A stretch of DNA of 64,000 nucleotides, taken from assembly GCA_049997855.1 (NCBI GenBank), contig JBEKSG010000001.1, positions 58,059-122,058 on the forward strand, read 5' to 3'. The position numbers were made by a program, and so were the translations under genes. The notes under the pieces were generated by a model. It had not been told where the DNA came from. It was given only the letters and a program-made list of their open reading frames with translations, and ran no database searches. This document shows, piece by piece, positions 28,797 to 39,204 of the stretch; position 1 is the stretch's first letter; each line of letters begins with the position of its first letter. This stretch comes from Minisyncoccia bacterium (GTDB taxonomy: Bacteria > Patescibacteriota > Minisyncoccia > Phycocordibacterales > SBAW01).

Positions 28797-29150
28797 TTAC
28801 ACTCGGCCATAATTGTCTTCAAAGCGGGTAATGTCGTTTTCATCAAATTGACCAAGGGCAATTTCAAGAAACGTGAGACCTTCGGAGCCGCCGGCCACGC
28901 GGTGATGTGTGTGCCGTGCGACAAAAAACTCGTCCCCCGGGCTCACCTTAGTTTGTGTATCGCCAACAATGATCGTGCCAAAACCTTTGAGGATCTTCCA
29001 CTCCTCATCTCGATGCTCGTGCTGTTGCAAACTGAGCTCTTGGTTGGGGTCAATGGTGATTATTTTTACCGTAGAAGGCTCGTTAAGCGTAAAGCGCTCA
29101 AAGGAGCCCCATGGGCGCGCCTCTTTATAGTAATGAGAAAGGCCCCGCAT
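28797..29150 (-). CDS. Mannose-6-phosphate isomerase, type II cupin domain
   Basis: RPWG, LSLQQHEHRDEEW, ENDITRFEDNYGR. Confidence 0.88.
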   Translation of the reverse strand: MRGLSHYYKEARPWGSFERFTLNEPSTVKIITIDPNQELSLQQHEHRDEEWKILKGFGTIIVGDTQTKVSPGDEFFVARHTHHRVAGGSEGLTFLEIALGQFDENDITRFEDNYGRV

Positions 29151-29204
29151 GCACCTAGTATACGCTATTTTTGCAAGGGCGGTGCACAAAGATATGCACA
29201 GATG

Positions 29205-30428
29205 CTAACGTCCCATGGCTTTTAAAAGGAGCCGCGCCCCCAAAAACACCACCACCAACGAGGCGGCATACAACAGAAGCCCAACAGAGAGAACCTCTCG
29301 TTGCTGCAAAAATAATACGGCCGCTCCGAGGAGGAGACAGGCTCCCGTCATACGCCACAGCCACATAGATGCATCACGGAAGATCATGGTGGCGTAAAAA
29401 TCCCTGCCTCTACGACCTATCGATTCCATGGTATGCAAGTCGGTTACATGTATGGATACGCGTACCATCGGCCAAAGCACTGCGCCCACGCATCCATAAG
29501 CCATCAATGTTATCAGTGAGATGTGGGTAGCGAACAGGGCGGTTGCAAGAGAAAGCAAGAGCGTCGAAAAACCCAGGATCCGCAAGCGATTTTGAGTCGT
29601 ACGATATTGCGAAAATAGTAACACGAACAGCGCCGCAAAAAATGCAAACCCGGTGGCATAAAGCCCCACCTGTATCGCGCCGCCGAGCACAAACAGTACC
29701 ACGAGCGGCAATATGATGGTGGTGAATGTTTCTTGCAGTGCCGTGCCGGCAAGGTACGGTTGCGTGGCGCGGTTTTTGCGCTCGGTAATAAAATAAATGA
29801 CATCTTTCCATTCGATGGGCGCAGGCCGGTACTCGTTGAGATTACTAAAGCAAAAAAAACCAAGGAGGTACACCAGCGGCGTTAGAAGAAAAAGGAGTGT
29901 GAAATCCCCCCGATGCAAAAGCGTCCCTGACACAAACAAAAGCCCGGTCGCAAGCGCCGGCCCCACGACCGAAAATATCACTGTGCCGGTTGTGAGGAGA
30001 GACGAGTAAAAATCCCGCTCCTCGTCTTTGGTTTCGGAGAGCTCAAAGGTGTGGATGGTCAGCCAAAAGAGCCCGTTGCCGAGGCCGTTGAGGAACATCG
30101 CTACATATGCTAAAAGCGGCATACTACTATTGAGCAATACCACGAGCGTAACTCCCATAAAGATAAAGCTCCAAAAAAATCCGTACTTGATGTTAAATCG
30201 CATGCGCGAAGCGACAAATCCAAAGACGCAAAACGTGATAAAAATGCCGCTGTTAAAGATGGCGGTTGCCGCTACGTTGAGAAAGAAGCTCGAAAATTGC
30301 TGGTAGAGGAATATCTGGATGAACACGCTGGTGAGGCTGGTGGTGAGGCTGTAAATCCAAAAGAGCTGGACCAGCGAACGCACCGGCGGACGCAATCCCT
30401 TAAACTGCGCTACGATTCCTCTAACCAT
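29205..30428 (-). CDS. MFS-like transporter
   Basis: About 12 hydrophobic segments; GLGNGLFW motif. Confidence 0.75.
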   Translation of the reverse strand: MVRGIVAQFKGLRPPVRSLVQLFWIYSLTTSLTSVFIQIFLYQQFSSFFLNVAATAIFNSGIFITFCVFGFVASRMRFNIKYGFFWSFIFMGVTLVVLLNSSMPLLAYVAMFLNGLGNGLFWLTIHTFELSETKDEERDFYSSLLTTGTVIFSVVGPALATGLLFVSGTLLHRGDFTLLFLLTPLVYLLGFFCFSNLNEYRPAPIEWKDVIYFITERKNRATQPYLAGTALQETFTTIILPLVVLFVLGGAIQVGLYATGFAFFAALFVLLFSQYRTTQNRLRILGFSTLLLSLATALFATHISLITLMAYGCVGAVLWPMVRVSIHVTDLHTMESIGRRGRDFYATMIFRDASMWLWRMTGACLLLGAAVLFLQQREVLSVGLLLYAASLVVVFLGARLLLKAMGR

Positions 30429-30592
30429 GGGGCAATTCTAACACCCGTATGAATATAAGTATTGTTATCCCCGCAAACCTTTACAGGGGGTATTGCGCAC
30501 AGCCCCGAGCTGGTACACTATACGTGGGACGAGGCTACGCACGGTGGATCCTCAGTTTGGTTACTATTAATAAATAATTAACACACGTTTTT

Positions 30593-30850
30593 ATGGTTAG
30601 AACCGCAAACCCAGCTTTATTAAAACCGATGAAGCTCTCACCCGAGCTTGAGGCAGTTGTAGGCAACGGCCCGATGCCGCGCTCAGCCGTTGTTAAGGAG
30701 CTTTGGGTGTACATTAAAAAGCACGATCTCCAGAATCCTCAGAATAAGCGCAATATTTTAGCCGACGATAAACTCAAAGCCGTGTTTGATGGTAAGAGCG
30801 AGGTCTCAATGTTTGAGATGACCAAACTCGTCTCCAAGCACCTGAGCTAG
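30593..30850 (+). CDS. Stand-alone SWIB/MDM2 domain protein
   Basis: LSPELEAVVG..RSAVVKELWVYIKKHDLQNPQNKRNILADDKL..MFEMTKLVSKHL. Confidence 0.92.
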   Translation: MVRTANPALLKPMKLSPELEAVVGNGPMPRSAVVKELWVYIKKHDLQNPQNKRNILADDKLKAVFDGKSEVSMFEMTKLVSKHLS

Positions 30851-30855
30851 ACTCC

Positions 30856-31692
30856 ATGTTCTCATACGCGCAGGCGGCGGTGCTCGGACTTCTTCAGGGA
30901 GTTACCGAACTCTTTCCCATATCGAGCTTGGGACACAGCGTCATACTCCCTTCACTTTTGGAATGGAACATCGACCAAGCATCCGCGTCGTTTGTTGGCT
31001 TTGTCGTACTTACACACTTAGCCACGGCGCTCGTACTCTTTGCGTTTTTTTGGCGCGATTGGCTCCGCATTATTATAAGTGTGTTGCGTTCGATAGGAGC
31101 GCGCACCCTGCGTGACCCGTATGCAAAGCTCGGCTGGCTTATTATCGTGAGCACCATTCCGGTAGGTGTACTTGGGTTTTTATTTCAAGATCCGCTCACG
31201 CATCTTTTTGCATCACCGCGCCTCGTGGCAGGAATGTTAATCCTCAACGGCCTTGTGCTTTATGCGGCAGAAAAGTTGCGCAGAAAAGCATCTGAGGGGG
31301 AGGCGAGCGATGCGGCGCTCGCACAGCTCTCGTTTACGCAGGCTATGGGCATAGGGTTGGCACAGTGCTTTGCGTTGGTGCCAGGTTTTTCGCGTACCGG
31401 ACTTACGATGACCGGTAGCTTGGCAAGTGGCCTTGGGCACGAAAACGCCGCGCGATATGCCTTTTTGCTCGCAACACCGGTCATTTTTTCGGCGGCGGTG
31501 CTTAAAGTGCCTCATGTGTTTAAAGAGGGCGGCGCCGTGCTCGGCCCGGCTTTATTCGGTGCTCTTTGTGCGGCGCTCGCCGCCTACGTCTCGGTGCGGT
31601 TTCTCACAACATACTTTAAAACAAACACACTTATGCCTTTTGCGGTTTATTGCGTCATCGCGGGTGCGGCGTGCGTCCTCTTGCTCGCCTAG
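30856..31692 (+). CDS. uppP: Undecaprenyl-diphosphate phosphatase
   Basis: QGVTELFPISSLGH, PGFSRTG, AARYAFLL. Confidence 0.93.
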   Translation: MFSYAQAAVLGLLQGVTELFPISSLGHSVILPSLLEWNIDQASASFVGFVVLTHLATALVLFAFFWRDWLRIIISVLRSIGARTLRDPYAKLGWLIIVSTIPVGVLGFLFQDPLTHLFASPRLVAGMLILNGLVLYAAEKLRRKASEGEASDAALAQLSFTQAMGIGLAQCFALVPGFSRTGLTMTGSLASGLGHENAARYAFLLATPVIFSAAVLKVPHVFKEGGAVLGPALFGALCAALAAYVSVRFLTTYFKTNTLMPFAVYCVIAGAACVLLLA

Positions 31693-31704
31693 TGTTTACG
31701 TCGC

Positions 31705-32799
31705 ATGATGCTCCGTATGTGTACCACCTCGCGCACGTATCTGGTTTTATTGCTGCTGGCCTCACTCCTTGCGATGGGCGCCGCTTACGCGGCGCTCTTT
31801 CCCTCGCAGGCACGCTCTGTCCTCGGCTTGCCCGGTCCGGAGCCGACGCTCGCGACCCTCAACACCGCGCCAGAAGGCTCGCTGTCGCTTGTGGTTGAAC
31901 CGCAAAACGGCGTCGCCCCCGTGCTCTTTTTGATACAAAACGCCAGCACATCGGTTGACATGGTGATGTACGAGCTCACCGACAGCCGCGTGGAACAGGC
32001 GCTGGTCGATGCAAAAAGCAGGGGCGTCGCGGTGCGAGTGTTGCTTAACGAGGGATATTACGGCAAACAAACCGGCGACTACGGTGCGCCCCTGCCGGTC
32101 AATCAGCCGGCGTACGAATATCTAGAATCGCACGGCGTTGCGATTAAATGGGCGCCCGCATACTTTGCGCTGACGCACCAAAAGACGCTGGTAGTAGACG
32201 GGAGTGAGGCTCTTATCATGTCTTTTAACTTAGTGCCGCGCTACTACGCAACCGGCAGAGATTTTGGCATTGATGATACCGACCGAGCAGACGTCTCCGC
32301 GATAGAAAAAACTTTTAACGAGGATTGGACCGGAGAGCAGGAGACCGCTCCGCAAGGCGACGATCTTTTATGGAGCCCGGGAGCAAAAAGCATAGTACTT
32401 TCGCTCATCGCGAGTGCGAGCTCAACGCTTGAGATATACAACGAAGAGATGAACGACCAAGATATTATACAGGCGCTTGAGGCGGCGGCCGGGAGAGGAG
32501 TTACCGTGCGAGTGGATATGACATACGCCACCAACTGGAAGCCAGTCTTTGCCGAGCTTACACAGAGCGGAGTGTTGGTGCGCACCTACGCCTCGAACTC
32601 AAAGAATCTCTACATACACGCCAAAATGATTTTGGTCGACAACCACATTGCATTTGTCGGCTCAGAAAATTTTTCGACAGGTTCTCTCGACGACAATCGC
32701 GAGCTTGGAATCGTATTTTTGCAACCAAACATATTAGCTTCTCTGCAAACCATCTTTAATGCCGATTGGTCAGATGCGCGCCCGTTTGCGTCTCAATAA
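31705..32799 (+). CDS. Phospholipase D superfamily protein
   Basis: Two HxKxxxxD motifs (HQKTLVVD, HAKMILVD), GSENFS, NRELG. Confidence 0.9.
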   Translation: MMLRMCTTSRTYLVLLLLASLLAMGAAYAALFPSQARSVLGLPGPEPTLATLNTAPEGSLSLVVEPQNGVAPVLFLIQNASTSVDMVMYELTDSRVEQALVDAKSRGVAVRVLLNEGYYGKQTGDYGAPLPVNQPAYEYLESHGVAIKWAPAYFALTHQKTLVVDGSEALIMSFNLVPRYYATGRDFGIDDTDRADVSAIEKTFNEDWTGEQETAPQGDDLLWSPGAKSIVLSLIASASSTLEIYNEEMNDQDIIQALEAAAGRGVTVRVDMTYATNWKPVFAELTQSGVLVRTYASNSKNLYIHAKMILVDNHIAFVGSENFSTGSLDDNRELGIVFLQPNILASLQTIFNADWSDARPFASQ

Positions 32800-32825
32800 A
32801 GAATTAGCGTATTATTAAAGAATAT

Positions 32826-33566
32826 ATGTTTTCAATCATCAGACGCGTGCTCTTTTTTCTCGTGCCATTTTCTCTGGCATTTTGGTATATCCACGAATTG
32901 TTCGAATCGGTTATTTCCCGTTCGACTCAAAACGGACTGGCGGGATTTTACTCCGTCGACGGGATTATTTTCGGTCTCATTTTAGCTTTTGTCATTCAGC
33001 GTGAGTGGGAGACCTGGACCAAGCTTTCGGAGTCGGTACGGACCGAGATAGACTCGGTACGGGAAATGTGGAAGTGGAGCAATTACGCCGAAGCGCCCCT
33101 GTGCAAAGAGGCGCACAAACATCTCGAAAGCTATCTGCAGTTGATTATTGCAGAATGGAACGACGGCGAAGAGCATATGCGGAGCGAAACCGTCGATGCG
33201 GAGCTCGACGGTCTCCGGGGCATACTGGTTGCTATGTCATCTTCGGTCGGCAGTCTTGCCGAGCCGTTGCGTAACGCCTTTATCAACCTTATCCAAGCGC
33301 GCAATCAGCGCCTTAACTTTAGCAACGAGCACATGCCTGTCATCTTAAAACGCATCGTATTTTTGACGGACATACTTCTTATTATTTTGTCTCTGTTTAT
33401 CGCCGTTAACAACGTGTATTTGGATTACATTTTTACCGCTTCCATAGGCTTGCTGGCTTTTGCGCTCATTCTCGTTGTCGACGATCTCGACAATCCCTTC
33501 CGGCCGGGTACCTGGCACTTAACGGCTGAGGGATACGAGCGACTGTTAGAGGAGCTTAAAGATTGA
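32826..33566 (+). CDS. DUF4239/bestrophin-like membrane protein
   Basis: FGLILAF, ARNQRL, DLDNPF. Confidence 0.75.
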   Translation: MFSIIRRVLFFLVPFSLAFWYIHELFESVISRSTQNGLAGFYSVDGIIFGLILAFVIQREWETWTKLSESVRTEIDSVREMWKWSNYAEAPLCKEAHKHLESYLQLIIAEWNDGEEHMRSETVDAELDGLRGILVAMSSSVGSLAEPLRNAFINLIQARNQRLNFSNEHMPVILKRIVFLTDILLIILSLFIAVNNVYLDYIFTASIGLLAFALILVVDDLDNPFRPGTWHLTAEGYERLLEELKD

Positions 33567-34820
33567 GATAAAAAAATTAATCGTACTATTGAGGAGAAAA
33601 CTTCCCATGGATTCTGTCGGTGTGTTTGGAGGAATAACTACTTGCGTACCTGGCACCGGACTTGGTGTTATTGATACCGTGCCAGTAGCTGAGACAGTCA
33701 CCTGGAGAGGGAATGCTTGCGTTTGGGGGGGCGCGGTGACTGCGCCTATGTTCTGCGGAACAACAGACGGCTGTGTAATTTTTTTTGTACTGACCGTTGA
33801 CGGTGTTTGAGGCGCGATTGTTGGTGGCGCGACAGGCGCGGCTTGTATTGCTGACGTTGAGATGGCTGGTGTAACCGTTTGCGTCAGGGGTGTGGCCAAG
33901 GGAGGCAACACGGTAATGGCAACGGTTGACGTCCCACTGCGGCCGGTGCTGTCGGTTGCCGTAACACTGATAGTGTGCACCCCAATATCATTGTAGATCG
34001 GCACCCAGCTTGCTTTGCCGGAGGTAGGGTCGATGGTCATAGTCGATGTGCCAATACTGTAAAAAGCATCCTTTGCCGTGTAAATCGGCGATACAAATCC
34101 TGTTGAGGTTGCGGCAAATGTAAGCGTACTGCCCGCGTTAACGCTCATGCCGGGCACAAAATTTATGAGGGATACCATAGCGGCCGGCAAGACGGTAATG
34201 GTAGCTGAAGTACTGGCAATGTTCCCATATTGGTCTTTTGCCGTCACAACGATAATGTGAGTACCGATATCTTGGGCAATGGGTGTCCAATTAAAGTTGC
34301 CCGAGGCGTTGAGCGTATAACTCTGCATGGATGAATTAAAAAAAGAATCGGCAATCGTATAGGTCGGGTTAAAAAGTCCGGAGACAGAGACCGAAAAGGT
34401 AACGGGGTTACCGATATTTACGTTTGCGCTCGGCGATAATGATTGTATCGAGACACTCGCGGTACCATCGACTATTATTTGTTGCGATACCGTTGCGCTG
34501 TCGCCTTGCGCGTCGGAGACGGTAATGGTGAGCCCATGAGTGCCGACATCGTCTTTATTGGGCGTCCACGAAAAATTGCCCGAGCTGTCCACATTAGTGC
34601 TCGTGACGCCGCCAGGGAAGGAGTCGACCAGATAATAGGTTGGATTGGTAAAGCCGCTCGTGATAATCGAGAAGGTAACTTTGGCGCCAGTGGGAACCTC
34701 GGCGGCAGGGTAGAGACCGGCAATGCTTGCCGTACTATCGGCGCGGGCAGGATTTTGTGCTAATGCAAAAATGCACACAAACACCAGAGCGGTGACTATG
34801 TATATTAAAGTTCGGCGCAT
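33546..34820 (-). CDS. Secreted protein with three Ig/cadherin-like repeats and a Pro/Thr-rich tail
   Basis: Three SG.FSWTP...DIGTH.I.VTA.D units. Confidence 0.8.
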   Translation of the reverse strand: MRRTLIYIVTALVFVCIFALAQNPARADSTASIAGLYPAAEVPTGAKVTFSIITSGFTNPTYYLVDSFPGGVTSTNVDSSGNFSWTPNKDDVGTHGLTITVSDAQGDSATVSQQIIVDGTASVSIQSLSPSANVNIGNPVTFSVSVSGLFNPTYTIADSFFNSSMQSYTLNASGNFNWTPIAQDIGTHIIVVTAKDQYGNIASTSATITVLPAAMVSLINFVPGMSVNAGSTLTFAATSTGFVSPIYTAKDAFYSIGTSTMTIDPTSGKASWVPIYNDIGVHTISVTATDSTGRSGTSTVAITVLPPLATPLTQTVTPAISTSAIQAAPVAPPTIAPQTPSTVSTKKITQPSVVPQNIGAVTAPPQTQAFPLQVTVSATGTVSITPSPVPGTQVVIPPNTPTESMGSFLLNSTINFFISIFKLL

Positions 34821-34844
34821 ATGCTTTTTAGTGTAACGCATAAA

Positions 34845-34867
34845 AAAAGAGCCGGGCAGGCTCTTTT
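34845..34867 (-). terminator. Intrinsic terminator
   Basis: aaaagagcc/ggctctttt stem with adjacent A tract. Confidence 0.6.
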
Positions 34868-34883
34868 GAATGACACACTAAAC

Positions 34884-35153
34884 TTAGGGTTTGCGTACGT
34901 TCGAACCATTCGCGCGCCTAGAAACTATTTCCCCTTCCTCAAATACGACAATGTTAGGCCGAAACCTCAAAAAACCCTTAGGCCCTAAGACTACTTTAAT
35001 TGTCTTTAGCAACTTACATTTGATAGATATTTTTCCAACTCCAACAACCGTAGCAGGACACCATTTCTGTCCGAAGCGAACTTCGACTGGTTCTCCATCC
35101 TTCCACTGTTGTTCGAGACTCTGCAACGCGATAATCCCGTGCATGTTACCCAT
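34884..35153 (-). CDS. Hypothetical protein (possible SH3/Tudor-like beta fold)
   Basis: ORF followed by a terminator; GEPVEVRFGQKWCPATVV. Confidence 0.5.
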   Translation of the reverse strand: MGNMHGIIALQSLEQQWKDGEPVEVRFGQKWCPATVVGVGKISIKCKLLKTIKVVLGPKGFLRFRPNIVVFEEGEIVSRRANGSNVRKP

Positions 35154-35205
35154 CTCCTATAAACGAACCGTTCCTTCTGGATAGTATCCTGCAGGCTAAT
35201 AATAG

Positions 35206-35955
35206 TCAACTTTCGCGGCCTTTTTGCCACCAGGTTGCCAAAACGGTCGAGGTGGGCATGGCGATAATAAGCCCGATTGTTCCGGCAAGCGTCCGTATGA
35301 TATCGCTCACCAAAGGCTCGTAGTTGAGTGCGCTCCATAGCGAGCTGCCGTCGCCGACATAGACAATAAGCAGGGGCAACGAAACTCCCGCATACACCAA
35401 AAATAAGGTGTTAATAATCGAGCCGAGATGCGCGATGCCAACGACGTAAGACTGCCGATAGATTTCCTGCATGGGCGCATCGGGCTGTGCGGCAACAAAT
35501 TCCATAACCGTAGCGACTTGCGTAACCACCATTTCTGTCAAAATGCCGAGCGTTCCGAGCATGATGCCCGCGGTTAATAATTGCCGCAAGTTAATCCCTG
35601 CCAGGCCCAAAAAACTATCGTCGGTTGAGGTGATGCCTGTTAAATGTGCCGCAGAGACGGCGCCGTGTACAACCGCGCTTATAAACAAGAAATTTAAAGC
35701 GATACCGATTACCGATACATGCGATAGTGTCGTAAACCCTTCGGTCAGATACACAATGCATACCAACATCGGCAATCCCACCAGCAACACCGCCAGCTCG
35801 GGATTGTAGCCGCCCACAATAAGCGGAGTAATAATCCACAATAGCGCGGCGATGGTTAACAGGAGCGAAAAGAGGATTCGAAAACCTTTTTTGCCGCACA
35901 CGACAAACACAAGCGCCAAAAATATGATCGACAATGCCGTAACTACCGGTTCCAT
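35206..35955 (-). CDS. YibE/F family protein (short form)
   Basis: HLGSIINTLFLVYAGVSLP, DIIRTLAGTIGL. Confidence 0.85.
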   Translation of the reverse strand: MEPVVTALSIIFLALVFVVCGKKGFRILFSLLLTIAALLWIITPLIVGGYNPELAVLLVGLPMLVCIVYLTEGFTTLSHVSVIGIALNFLFISAVVHGAVSAAHLTGITSTDDSFLGLAGINLRQLLTAGIMLGTLGILTEMVVTQVATVMEFVAAQPDAPMQEIYRQSYVVGIAHLGSIINTLFLVYAGVSLPLLIVYVGDGSSLWSALNYEPLVSDIIRTLAGTIGLIIAMPTSTVLATWWQKGRES

Positions 35956-35958
35956 GAG

Positions 35959-37830
35959 TTATGTTTTACCTGCGACTAATGGTAGCAGATTGTATCGGAC
36001 TATGAAGTCGGATGCTTTGGTATTTTGCACCTGTGCGTTATACAGCGTTTGGCAAGAGGCGGCAGGCAGAGGTGCAAGCCTGGGGAAGGTGGTGCACGTA
36101 CCGTGCCCGAATATGCCGTCAACGGAGCCGATGTATTGCAGGTCCGAACTGATGATAAACTTTACCGCTCCCGTTCCGGGCACCCTCTGCGTCACCACCG
36201 GTGTCTTGGTGGTAAAAAGATCCTGACCGAGCACTGTAATAGGATATTGAATTCCCAACAAATCAGCAACCGTCGGATATAAGTCTATATGGCTCCCCGG
36301 CGTTTGGTCTACTCCCTCCGGCAACACATTGCCGGGAGCAAGAATAATAAGCGGTACATGCTGGTTTTGAGAATCGGAAGTGCCTATAAAAGCGCCATGA
36401 TCGCCATAAATAACAATGAGCGAATTATTGTACAAACCGTCCTTTTTTAAGCCGTCAATAAAATTCCCTAGCGCCTGGTCGCTGTAGTGCACGGCTTCTA
36501 AATATTGTTGCTGCGTCGGCGTGAGCGTTGTATCCTTCGGTATCGCCAACGTTTCAAGATCAGAGGGCAGGGTAAAGGGCGTATGCGTGCTCAGCGTAAT
36601 GAGCGTCGCCATGAACGGTTTCGGCAAGAACGTGAGTTTCGGCAGAGACTGCTCGAAAAAATCATTGTCCCCCAATCCTTCGGGCCCCACCTGCCGCGGC
36701 AGGACGTAAGCGGGCTTGCTGAAGACATCTTCATAGCCGAGCGAGGGGTACGCGTTTGAGCGATTCCAAAACGTTGCGACATCGCCGTGCATGGCCGCCG
36801 TGGTGTATCCGTTTGTGTCCAGGAGATGCGGCAAGGCGTCATACGTGTTTTCCGCATAGGTGGTGAATGCCACTTCATCGGGCAGGGGATACAACGAGTT
36901 TTGTGTGGAAAACTCCGCATCCGCCGTATTGCCTTCACCGTCTTGCGAGTAGTAGTTGGTAAAATACGCCCCTTCTTTCGAGAGTTCGGTGAGGTTGGGA
37001 GCGACTTCAACTCCGTTGATACTGTATCCTATGACCCAATTTTCGAGCGACTCCACTTGGATAAAAATAAGATTTTTGCTTTTAAGTATGCCAAAGTCGG
37101 AGCCTGTGGGTGGTAATGTTCTCTCCTTTGCCCACTCCGTCAAAAACGCTATGTCGGCCGCACTTGCCACGCGCGGCTGTAAAGCGTACTCTATCAAGCT
37201 TTCTGCATAAAAATTGACAATACCGACCTTGGCCACCAGCGAAGACAAGTTGTACATGTCGCTGTTGTCGTATAAATCTTGCGCGCTCCCAAACGTGAGT
37301 CGCTCCGAAACGATGAGCCCGCCATATCCGCCGCAGAAAACAACGATCATCAAAAAAAAAGGCAACATTTTTTCTGTTATTGAGAGCCGCCTCTCTTGTG
37401 TGCCTGTGTCGATTGCCATGTATCCCACAACCAACAAAAGCAACGGCACTATGAAAACAAGCAGTTTGTAGGTGATCAATGTTTTGATGGTGCTGATGAG
37501 ATCAATTGATTGACTAGAGTAAACAAGCGACGAGGCCTGCAAAAATCCTCCGGAATATCGGTAATACAAAAATTGCGAAATAAAGACAAGGCTTACGAGC
37601 AAAGAAACTAAAAAGAGATACGCATACCGAATGTATCTTTTTTCAAAAAACATCGCCGGGAAGAAGAGGACGGCACTGAGACCGACCGATGCCGCAACAC
37701 AACGCCACATAAAAGACCCCCACACAATATCGAGCCACCAGTTAAAAAGGAGGGTCTCTGCAATCAAAAGAAGTGCCAAAACGGTTGGCAGCCAAACTAT
37801 TTCAACAATACGGTTATATTTCATCAGCAA
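35959..37830 (-). CDS. LTA synthase-family sulfatase-like protein (LtaS-like)
   Basis: N-terminal TMs, IFIQVESL, GNTADAEF (catalytic Thr), FWNR, TLSTHTPF, YGDH. Confidence 0.9.
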   Translation of the reverse strand: MLMKYNRIVEIVWLPTVLALLLIAETLLFNWWLDIVWGSFMWRCVAASVGLSAVLFFPAMFFEKRYIRYAYLFLVSLLVSLVFISQFLYYRYSGGFLQASSLVYSSQSIDLISTIKTLITYKLLVFIVPLLLLVVGYMAIDTGTQERRLSITEKMLPFFLMIVVFCGGYGGLIVSERLTFGSAQDLYDNSDMYNLSSLVAKVGIVNFYAESLIEYALQPRVASAADIAFLTEWAKERTLPPTGSDFGILKSKNLIFIQVESLENWVIGYSINGVEVAPNLTELSKEGAYFTNYYSQDGEGNTADAEFSTQNSLYPLPDEVAFTTYAENTYDALPHLLDTNGYTTAAMHGDVATFWNRSNAYPSLGYEDVFSKPAYVLPRQVGPEGLGDNDFFEQSLPKLTFLPKPFMATLITLSTHTPFTLPSDLETLAIPKDTTLTPTQQQYLEAVHYSDQALGNFIDGLKKDGLYNNSLIVIYGDHGAFIGTSDSQNQHVPLIILAPGNVLPEGVDQTPGSHIDLYPTVADLLGIQYPITVLGQDLFTTKTPVVTQRVPGTGAVKFIISSDLQYIGSVDGIFGHGTCTTFPRLAPLPAASCQTLYNAQVQNTKASDFIVRYNLLPLVAGKT

Positions 37831-37919
37831 AATGCAATATAAGATACTATACGTATAAAGGTACGAATCCGTTTCCTATACACCCGAAAGAGTCTTGCTA
37901 TAATACGTGTAACAGCCAC

Positions 37920-38972
37920 ATGCCGCGACCATCCAAAGAACCGCATACTTTCTATAATACGACCGTTTTGATGTTAACTTCGTTTATTGTCGGTGCATTG
38001 CTTTCGGGTGGCATAACGGTTTTTGTATATTCACAAATGCCGTCATCAACGCTAAAGGCGATACGGGAAAGTGATATAGACCCCAACAATACCTACAAGT
38101 TTACCGATCCTTTAATAACTCTCTCGTCTTCCAATATAGAATCTCCCTTATATGATGCGCTGGAGCAGAATATAGAGTCATATATCGCCGAGCAAAAACC
38201 CGACGGCCTGCTTGCCGCGTCGGTATATTTTAGAGATATCAATGAGTCAAAGGGTTTTACCATCAATCCCGGCGACACCTATTATCCGGCGAGCTTGTAC
38301 AAGGTTCCGGTTATGATGACCTATTATGAAATTGCTGAGCAAGATCCTTCCATTTTGTCAGAGCAGTTGCCGTACGCTGGCGTTTCCAACTTAAACAACA
38401 TGGAGGAGGTGAGGTCGCCAATCCAACTCACGCCGGGCACCACGTATACCGTTGAGGAACTCATTGAGCATATGATCAGATACTCCGACAACAATGCGGC
38501 TCAATTATTGCTCTCCAATCTTTCGTCCAGCGGACGCTATCAAGAGTATCTCAATTTGTTTACCAGTCTTGGCATCAGTACCAGTACGGTAGATGAAGCG
38601 GCGGATTCGCTTACAGTTGGCAAATATCCGATTTTCTTGCGCACGTTGTATAACTCGACGTTTCTTGACCGCGATTACTCCGAGAAAGCGCTCCAACTTT
38701 TAACGGAGACCGATTTTACCGCAGGCATAGAGAGCGGTATTCCTAACGGGGTATTGGTTGCACAGAAATTTGGAGAGACCACGGTGGCAAATGAGCAGAC
38801 AGACATTGGCAAAGAGTTAAGCAACTGCGGCATTATCTATTATCCGAGTCATCCATACATATTGTGCATCATGACCAAAGGGGTTGGAGACAATGTTAAA
38901 GGTCTCGAAAGCAATATAGCGGCAATTTCTCGTATGGTGTATCAAAAAATGGAAGAGATTTATCCTTCCTAA
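37920..38972 (+). CDS. Membrane-anchored class A beta-lactamase-like serine hydrolase
   Basis: ASLYK (SxxK), YSDNNA (SDN), AQKFG. Confidence 0.85.
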   Translation: MPRPSKEPHTFYNTTVLMLTSFIVGALLSGGITVFVYSQMPSSTLKAIRESDIDPNNTYKFTDPLITLSSSNIESPLYDALEQNIESYIAEQKPDGLLAASVYFRDINESKGFTINPGDTYYPASLYKVPVMMTYYEIAEQDPSILSEQLPYAGVSNLNNMEEVRSPIQLTPGTTYTVEELIEHMIRYSDNNAAQLLLSNLSSSGRYQEYLNLFTSLGISTSTVDEAADSLTVGKYPIFLRTLYNSTFLDRDYSEKALQLLTETDFTAGIESGIPNGVLVAQKFGETTVANEQTDIGKELSNCGIIYYPSHPYILCIMTKGVGDNVKGLESNIAAISRMVYQKMEEIYPS

Positions 38973-39204
38973 AAAATGGAGGCGTACAAATCTGTTGTAA
39001 AATACAGGCATGAAAAGGAAAGCGGTTCGGAGTGCTATAACGGGGCGGTTTGTACACAAGGGTAAGGCAAGAGCTAACCCCAAGACAACCGTCACCGAAA
39101 GCATAAGAATCCCAAAGCGTAAATCCAAATAATTTTTTGGGTTGCGGGCTGGGAAAACTCAAAAAAGAAAAGCCCGACTTGCAAAGACGGGGTAGTTTGG
39201 GGCA

